Of a stretch of 32,000 nt of DNA, positions 26,636 to 32,000 are shown one piece after another. Position 1 is the stretch's first letter. Each line of letters starts with the position of its first letter. Where the stretch lies: the NCBI RefSeq assembly GCF_900167445.1, contig NZ_FUZT01000009.1, positions 169,058-201,057 on the forward strand. Reading direction: 5' to 3'. Origin of the DNA: Maledivibacter halophilus (GTDB lineage Bacteria; Bacillota; Clostridia; Peptostreptococcales; Caminicellaceae). The notes beneath the pieces are model-generated. The model was not told where the DNA came from. It worked only from the letters and a program-made list of their open reading frames with translations, and searched no databases. The translations under genes were made by a program, and so were the position numbers.

Positions 26636-27586
26636 ATGTATCTAAAAAGAAAATATATTAGTCTATTATATGTATTAATAATTGCTCTTACTGTTGGGTG
26701 TAGCAACAGTATGGAAGAAATTGTTTACAATTTTCCTTTAGAAAGAGATGTAGTAGAGCAAGTAATATTAGAGAAACAATTAACTTGGCGCATAGAAGAT
26801 GAACAATCTCTTAACGAAGGCCAATCAAATTTCTCATTAAGAGATGAAGATAACGTTTTTTGCAGTATAAATAGTACAGACGGAGAATGGGGAAGAGTTA
26901 TAATATTACAATTCCATTTTCCACTAGATTATACAACAGAGCAAATACAGCAGTTTAATAAAGAAGAATGGCCTAGTATATTTGAACTTACCTGTACTTT
27001 TTACGGAAATAGTAAAAATGCAAAAAAAATCTATAAAGAGTTTTTAGGTTATTTAAAAGGCAGGAACAGTAATGAATATGATTATGGATACTTTACAAAA
27101 CGTATAGACGATACTCATTTTAGAGTAAAATTAGCTCCATTCACAAATAATAGCAACTATTATCAAATAGCTACTTTAGAAATTTTAAATAGTGAGACTT
27201 ATGAAAAAAGAGCATTTGAATTTGCAAAAGGATGGATAAATAGGGCAAAAAGACAAGGAATAAAAGTATTAGACAATATTAGTGTTTCTGATATTATAGA
27301 AATTAAAACAGAAGATGAGGAATTACGGTTAATTGTTGAAGGTCATTTAGAGGATATTCAAGAATTAAAAAATATACCTAAAAATCTTCAAGAAGTACTT
27401 ACCCATCACGCACATAAGGACGACTATTTTACCGCCAAGTTAGTGGACGATACTAGTAGTATGGATGTGTTTGTTCTTGCTACTTCTCTTAACTCTAGAG
27501 AATTAGGACAAGATAGAAGTCATCATATTAATTATTATACTAAAGGGAAATTAAGTGTTATAAATTTTAGTCCATTAAATGAATAA
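26636..27586 (+). CDS. Hypothetical lipoprotein
   Basis: Signal peptide with lipobox (..LIIALTVGC SNS). No family recognised. The start could be ATG 26636 or TTG 26630, both after GAGGGGA. Confidence 0.7.
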   Translation: MYLKRKYISLLYVLIIALTVGCSNSMEEIVYNFPLERDVVEQVILEKQLTWRIEDEQSLNEGQSNFSLRDEDNVFCSINSTDGEWGRVIILQFHFPLDYTTEQIQQFNKEEWPSIFELTCTFYGNSKNAKKIYKEFLGYLKGRNSNEYDYGYFTKRIDDTHFRVKLAPFTNNSNYYQIATLEILNSETYEKRAFEFAKGWINRAKRQGIKVLDNISVSDIIEIKTEDEELRLIVEGHLEDIQELKNIPKNLQEVLTHHAHKDDYFTAKLVDDTSSMDVFVLATSLNSRELGQDRSHHINYYTKGKLSVINFSPLNE

Positions 27587-27745
27587 AGAATATTTGAATA
27601 ACAAGTATGAATATAAAGTTGCTACTTCTTAAAACATAAAGAAAAATTTACTATTTTCAACTATCATAAAGGTTATTTTAATATAAATGATTTAAAAGAT
27701 ATTTATTTACATTAAATTGAGAATAAAAAATTAAGGAGATTAATA

Positions 27746-28411
27746 ATGAATGAAAAACAATTAATTGCAGAAAAAGCAGTTGATTTTATCAAGGATGGAA
27801 TGATTGTTGGCTTAGGAACAGGTTCAACTGCTTATTGGGCAATTACAAAAATAGGTGAATTAGTTCGAAATGGTATGAATATTAAAGGTGTTCCAACATC
27901 TATAAATACAGAAAAATTAGCACAAAATTTAAATATTCCTTTAGTGAATATTTCTGAGATTAAAAAAATAGATATAACAATTGATGGGGCTGATGAGTTT
28001 GATGAAAATAAAAATGTTATAAAAGGTGGTGGAGGTGCACTTTTAAGAGAAAAAATTATTGCTTCAATTACTAATTATTATATTATAATAGCTGATTCTT
28101 CTAAAAAAGTAGAAGTTTTGGGAAACTTTCCATTACCTATAGAAGTAACTCCTTTTGCTCATGAGATAACAATTTATCAATTAAAACAGTTAGGATGTTC
28201 AACGAATTTAAGGTTAGAAAATGACAAACCATTTATAACTGATAATAAGAATTTCATAGTTGATTGCAAATTCAATAGGATTAACAAACCAGAAGAATTA
28301 GCAAATAAATTAAATAGTATTCCAGGTGTTGTAGAGCATGGATTATTTTCAAATATGGCAGATATTCTAGTTACCGTAAATAATTGTGGAGAAATTTCAA
28401 TTATTGAATAG
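27746..28411 (+). CDS. rpiA: Ribose-5-phosphate isomerase A
   Basis: 221 aa with GLGTGSTA, DGADE and KGGGGALLREKI motifs. A strong RBS AAGGAG lies upstream. Confidence 0.92.
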   Translation: MNEKQLIAEKAVDFIKDGMIVGLGTGSTAYWAITKIGELVRNGMNIKGVPTSINTEKLAQNLNIPLVNISEIKKIDITIDGADEFDENKNVIKGGGGALLREKIIASITNYYIIIADSSKKVEVLGNFPLPIEVTPFAHEITIYQLKQLGCSTNLRLENDKPFITDNKNFIVDCKFNRINKPEELANKLNSIPGVVEHGLFSNMADILVTVNNCGEISIIE

Positions 28412-28474
28412 CATTATATGATAGCTTATTTAAATTACTATGGAGGCGGTTTTCATAGGTCGAGCGACCACATC

Positions 28475-28510
28475 ATCTAACATTGTGTTTAGCGTAAAGG
28501 TGCGCAGAAG
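28475..28510 (+). repeat. attC-like repeat, 5' half only (truncated)
   Basis: ATCTAAC (RYYYAAC) followed by att-GTGTTTAGCG-TAAAGGTGC. This parallels the 5' end of the 30156 copy (GTCTAAC-aac-GAATTTACG-TAAAGGTGC). No matching 3' half or GTTRRRY core is present. Confidence 0.5.
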
Positions 28511-28514
28511 AATT

Positions 28515-28790
28515 GTACGCGTTGGAACACATACTGGACATGATAACCTTAAGACTAGATTATATTCACATTTTAGAGGAAAAAATCAAAGAAGTAGTAT
28601 TTTTAGGCGGAATATTGGTCGGGTTTATTTAAATAAAGATAATAAGAATTATTTACCAATTTGGAATTCCAGTAGAAATAATAAGAGTTCAACTCTTAGA
28701 TATATACAAGAATTATTAGGACATAGAAGTTCAAAGACAACAGAAATATATACTCATTTAGAAGTATTAGCGACATATGAGAGTCGGTAA
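28515..28790 (+). pseudogene. Mosaic remnant: fragment of a GIY-YIG-like cassette gene fused to a second copy of the recombinase 3' tail and half-palindrome
   Basis: VGTHTG..LKTRLYSHFRGKNQRSSIFRRNIG resembles GIY-YIG-type proteins (weak). Positions 28686-28757 repeat 26252-26323 with 5 mismatches in 72 nt (LRYIQELLGHRSSKTTEIYTH). Positions 28758-28793 repeat the right half of the 26436-26506 palindrome. Confidence 0.6.
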
Positions 28791-28832
28791 CGTAACATAT
28801 GCCTATATTTGTTAAACCGAGGAGGTCAAAAA

Positions 28833-29426
28833 ATGAGATATATTTTTGCAATTGGTGGAGGAGAAATAAGTGAGTTAGAAACATTTGGTATAGATAAAAA
28901 GATAGTTGAAGCTGCTAAAAAGGCTAAACCGAATGTATTATTTATACCTACAGCTAGTGGAGAACCACAAGGATATATAGATTCATTTAACAACGTATAT
29001 GGTAAAAAGCTTGGATGTAAGACAGATGTCCTTTTATTGTTAGAAGGTAAAATACTTTGTGGTTTAAGTGCTGGCTCAATTTGCTGGTTTAAAAGTGGCC
29101 ATGGTGACTCTGAAAGTTTTGAAACAGAAGGTAAATGGAATTATATAAGGGTAGAAGGAATAAACCTATTAGATGCTATGCACTGTCCACACTATAATGA
29201 AGATAATAGAGAAGAAGATTTTTCAAAGAAGATATTAGAATATGATGAGATTGGTATAGCTATTGATAACAACTGTGCAATTGAATTTAAAGAAAATAGC
29301 TATAGAGTACATAAAACAGAAAAAGAAGCAAAAGCTTACAAAGTTTATCTAGACAAGGGACAAATTATAAAAGAAGAGTTGGTTAATATAACAGAGTATA
29401 AGTCAGTTAAAAGAGTTGTTTTGTAA
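28833..29426 (+). CDS. Peptidase S51 (dipeptidase E-like) family protein, probably with an in-frame internal deletion
   Basis: IFAIGGGE, LFIPTAS and the nucleophile motif CGLSAGSICWF are present. The Ser lies at about residue 79 instead of about 120, and the GGGNT segment is absent. ATG 28833 follows GGAGG and the core GTTAAAC (28811-28817). Confidence 0.65.
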   Translation: MRYIFAIGGGEISELETFGIDKKIVEAAKKAKPNVLFIPTASGEPQGYIDSFNNVYGKKLGCKTDVLLLLEGKILCGLSAGSICWFKSGHGDSESFETEGKWNYIRVEGINLLDAMHCPHYNEDNREEDFSKKILEYDEIGIAIDNNCAIEFKENSYRVHKTEKEAKAYKVYLDKGQIIKEELVNITEYKSVKRVVL

Positions 29427-29441
29427 GTAGGGCATACGATC

Positions 29442-29581
29442 ACCTAACAATGCCTTACCGTTCGCTACGTGAAGTAAGTTTCTAGGGTTAGTGAAGCACA
29501 TGTTTTCACTGGGTGCAATCACCACCAAGGAGTATTCTTTATGGGTCCGTTCAAGCACGTAGGCAAGCCGAGATGTTAAGC
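29442..29581 (+). repeat. attC-like repeat (140 bp, subfamily 1)
   Basis: Starts with ACCTAAC (RYYYAAC) 15 nt after the stop codon and ends with GTTAAGC (GTTRRRY). Inner boxes GCCTTACC / GGCAAGCC have asymmetric spacers (3 vs 5 nt). It is much more GC-rich than the flanks. Confidence 0.6.
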
Positions 29582-29621
29582 GAAAATTAGTGGTAACTAC
29601 ATTTAAATGAAGGTGGTTTAT

Positions 29622-30125
29622 ATGAAAATCTTAATATTTCTTCATGGAACAATAATAATGCATAAAAATGGTCTTGATAAAAGTAGAGAAGAAAGAGTAA
29701 AGCAAGTTTTGAGTGATGATAACTCAATTCATGATTTTTTAAATTATATTCCGATTGGTAAGTCATATGAAAAATTAAAAATTTGGGTTAAGCAAGAAGT
29801 GGAAATTTTCTATCTCAGTTCCAACCAGTTACTTGATGATATAAATAAAGATCTTTTTGTTTTGAGAAAATATGAATTTCCAAAAGGTAAATTGTTATAT
29901 AGAAAAAATGGTCAAAGTTACAAAGATATTGCAGAAGAAATAATACCAGACATTCTGATTGAAGATAATTGTGAAAGTATTGGTGGAACAGCTGAAATGG
30001 TTTACCCAAATATGTCAAGTTTAATAAAAAAACAAGTTAAATCTATTGTATTAAAAGAATTTGAAGGAATAGATAAGTTACCAACTAATGTTGAAGATTT
30101 AAAAGACTGGTATAAAATAGTTTGA
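29622..30125 (+). CDS. Hypothetical protein (167 aa)
   Basis: RBS GAAGGTGG precedes ATG 29622. No family recognised. The gene is bounded by attC-like repeats on both sides. Confidence 0.6.
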   Translation: MKILIFLHGTIIMHKNGLDKSREERVKQVLSDDNSIHDFLNYIPIGKSYEKLKIWVKQEVEIFYLSSNQLLDDINKDLFVLRKYEFPKGKLLYRKNGQSYKDIAEEIIPDILIEDNCESIGGTAEMVYPNMSSLIKKQVKSIVLKEFEGIDKLPTNVEDLKDWYKIV

Positions 30126-30155
30126 ATCTTTGTGTCATGGGAATCACTAACCATC

Positions 30156-30278
30156 GTCTAACAACGAATTTACGTAAAGGTGCTTTTAGAGAAGATTATT
30201 GAGGTAGATGAACCACATTTCTTCACTAAGGGTAGCCGCCTTAGAGTTCAGAGACGTCGCAAATACAAAACGTTATCT
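30156..30278 (+). repeat. attC-like repeat (123 bp, subfamily 2)
   Basis: GTCTAAC-aac-GAATTTACG ... CGCAAATAC-aaaac-GTTATCT. The 5' core matches RYYYAAC. The 3' core deviates from GTTRRRY (GTTATCT). The central segment GAACCACATTTCTTCACT is shared with subfamily 1. Confidence 0.55.
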
Positions 30279-30340
30279 AACATTTTATTTCATTTTTTAT
30301 TTATAGAATTATTTGAGCTTGTACAGGAGGCGATTAAATA

Positions 30341-31134
30341 ATGGGCAAATTTCATGATGTCAATTTTATTAATCTACCATATAAATTAAAATCAATGCAT
30401 TGTTGGAAAAAGATACTATTGGTTGTTCTAGTTCAGAGATATTTTTTCTTGAAGGTATCTCAAGTGGAGGAAATGCATATTTGAAAGTCTGTAGTAGTGA
30501 AAGTGATTCTATGGAAAAAGAAAAAAATATTTTAAATTGGCTGGATGGGAAAGTACCTGTTCCAAAGGTGCTTCATTATAATGTTTTCGATAATAAACAA
30601 TTCATGCTAATTTCAGAAATAAAAGGTTTAAATGCAGCTCATTATTATTATACTTCTAAACCAGCCACAGTTGACACAATGTTAGCAAGATCTCTTAGAT
30701 TAATTCATGATATAGATATAACGTGCTGTCCATTTGATAGTAGGCTTAATATAAAGATTGGTGAAGCCAAAAAACGTGTTGATTGTGGATTAGTGGATGA
30801 AAATAACTTTGAAGAAAATTATATATGAAAGGCAAGTGAAGAATTATATAAAATGGTTTTAGAAAAGAAACCTGATAATGAAGATTTTGTTTTTACTCAT
30901 GGTGATTATTGTATGGCTAACATAATATTATTGGGTAATAAATTGAGTGGATTTATTGATTTAGGAAGAGCAGGAGTTAGTGATAGATATCAAGATATAG
31001 CATTAGCAGTACGTAGTTTTGAACATAATTTTGGAACAGACAAGTGGAATGATTTATTTTATAAAGAATATGGCATTGAAGATGTGGACTATTCTAAAAT
31101 AGAATTTTATATTTTGCTTGATGAATTGTTTTAG
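30341..31134 (+). pseudogene. aph(3')-like aminoglycoside phosphotransferase pseudogene
   Basis: NWLDGKVPVPKVLHY, FTHGDYCMANI, GFIDLGRAGVSDRYQDIALAVRS and the C-terminal YILLDELF closely parallel APH(3')-III. The reading frame shifts near 30395-30405. An in-frame TGA lies at 30826-30828. Confidence 0.8.
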
Positions 31135-31158
31135 AAAAAGGGAATGAAATAAAACGTC

Positions 31159-31300
31159 AGATAATAATACCTTGCCGTTCACTGTGTAAAGCAAGTTTTT
31201 AGGGTAAGCGCAGCACATACCTTCACTGGGAGCAAGCTCCACCAAGAGAGCATTCCTTACGGGCCCAGTTCAGGCACGTCGGCAATCCGGGACGTTAGCT
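31159..31300 (+). repeat. attC-like repeat (142 bp, subfamily 1)
   Basis: Colinear with 29442-29581, at roughly three-quarters identity by eye. The 5' core is degenerate (AGATAAT). It ends in GTTAGCT. Inner boxes are TTGCCG / CGGCAA. Confidence 0.55.
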
Positions 31301-31441
31301 GACATCGGACAAAAAGATAGCCGCGCGTCCATGTGCAGATTTGATAGGGATGAACTATGTAGAAGTTTAACTCAATAGTTAGATATGACTAAATAACAAA
31401 TGATTATAAAATTAATACTATTTAAATTGGAGGTAAAATCA

Positions 31442-31933
31442 ATGGAAGCAAAAGTAAGACAAGCAGTAGATAGTGATAGAGATATTTTTGTTGATTACAC
31501 AGTAAAATTAAGTAAATTCAATCGAAGTAATCATGCTAATGAATCAAAAAATGATGATTATGAATCAGTTTTAAATGCAATACAAAGAAAAGCTGAAAAA
31601 ACATTCTGTAATAGAAATGAAGAGACTTTAATCTTAATTGCAGAATTAGAAAATAAACCTGTAGGATATGCATTAGGCAGAATATATGAACAGGATGAAA
31701 CAGCTGATAATGGAACAGGTTTAATGGGATTATTTGATGAGTTATTCGTTGATGATATAGCAAGAGGGCTTGGATTAGGACAAAAACTATTAGATAAAAC
31801 GATTATCTGGATGAAAGAAAAAGGAATTAATAGAGTTAAATTACATGCTTATTCTTGGAACAGTAATGCTAAAAAAGTATATGAACGAAATGGTTTTAAA
31901 GAATATGCAGTATCGTATGAAAAGTTTATCTAA
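31442..31933 (+). CDS. GNAT-family N-acetyltransferase
   Basis: ..LFVDDIARGLGLGQKLLDKTIIWMKEKGINRVKLHAYSWNSNAKKVYERNGF is the acetyl-CoA-binding motif A/B region of GNATs. ATG 31442 follows GGAGG. Confidence 0.85.
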   Translation: MEAKVRQAVDSDRDIFVDYTVKLSKFNRSNHANESKNDDYESVLNAIQRKAEKTFCNRNEETLILIAELENKPVGYALGRIYEQDETADNGTGLMGLFDELFVDDIARGLGLGQKLLDKTIIWMKEKGINRVKLHAYSWNSNAKKVYERNGFKEYAVSYEKFI

Positions 31934-32000
31934 TTTTATCGCATCATGAATATATTTTTAATCATAGTATTTTAGCTAATATTATTTATACTATATGAAA

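Larger units (their letters stand above)
25990..32000 (+). mobile_element. Degenerate integron-like gene-cassette array; continues past the window end
   Basis: A decayed tyrosine-recombinase gene and a complex palindromic site ending in GTTAGAT head the array. Same-strand, unrelated compact ORFs follow, each with its own RBS. They are separated by GC-rich 123-142 bp repeats bounded by RYYYAAC and GTT-initiated cores; one of the three complete copies matches GTTRRRY in full. Confidence 0.6.

Noticed and set aside
27587-27745. Possible attC between the lipoprotein gene and rpiA (AATAAC..GTTGCTA; hairpin AACAAGTA/TACTTCTT).
   Set aside because: The region is AT-rich and has no similarity to the other four repeats. 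The putative cores do not fit RYYYAAC/GTTRRRY and lie only about 30 nt apart.
28440-28790. 116-codon ORF offered as a gene.
   Set aside because: It reads through an attC-like half repeat, a gene fragment and a duplicated recombinase tail. It is a chimeric reading frame created by rearrangement, not a functional gene.
1-32000. CRISPR arrays, tRNA/rRNA genes, intact transposases or prophage genes.
   Set aside because: I found no regularly spaced direct repeats with unique spacers, no tRNA-like or rRNA-like GC-rich blocks, and no intact transposase or phage structural ORFs on either strand.

Overview
The window looks like the chromosome of a low-GC, spore-forming anaerobic Firmicute, probably a member of the Clostridia. 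The evidence is AT-rich DNA, an alpha/beta-type SASP gene, ThiH-type thiamine synthesis and a tungsten AOR. I divide it into five parts.

(1) 1-4.1 kb: the 3' part of an aldehyde:ferredoxin oxidoreductase gene, then MoaD-like, beta-hydroxyacid dehydrogenase and family III CoA-transferase genes.

(2) 4.2-12.2 kb: a pair made of an ECF S-component and an AIR-synthase-like protein, two tandem DUF421 paralogs, a three-gene set related to acyl-CoA dehydratase activases, lrgAB-like genes and a SASP gene.

(3) 12.4-19.3 kb: a seven-gene operon (order Z-Y-U-T-S-X-W) homologous to the uncharacterised E. coli yhfZYXW-php-yhfUTS cluster. It has a clear promoter and a conserved palindromic motif in front of its first two genes.

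(4) 19.9-25.9 kb: yerC, followed by a minus-strand thiSFGHCE operon. The operon sits behind a TPP riboswitch with an unusually long leader of about 490 nt. The leader carries two terminators and three 21-bp palindromes.

(5) 26.0-32.0 kb is the most interesting part. It holds same-strand, functionally unrelated genes, several of them decayed. They are separated by GC-rich repeats of about 123-142 bp whose ends match the integron attC core sites (RYYYAAC ... GTTRRRY). The array is headed by a badly decayed tyrosine-recombinase gene and a complex palindromic site ending in GTTAGAT. I read this as a degenerate, sedentary integron-like cassette array, which would be unusual for this phylum.

No rRNA gene, tRNA gene or CRISPR array was seen. 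All calls come from reading the sequence and from recalled family motifs; no searches were run.
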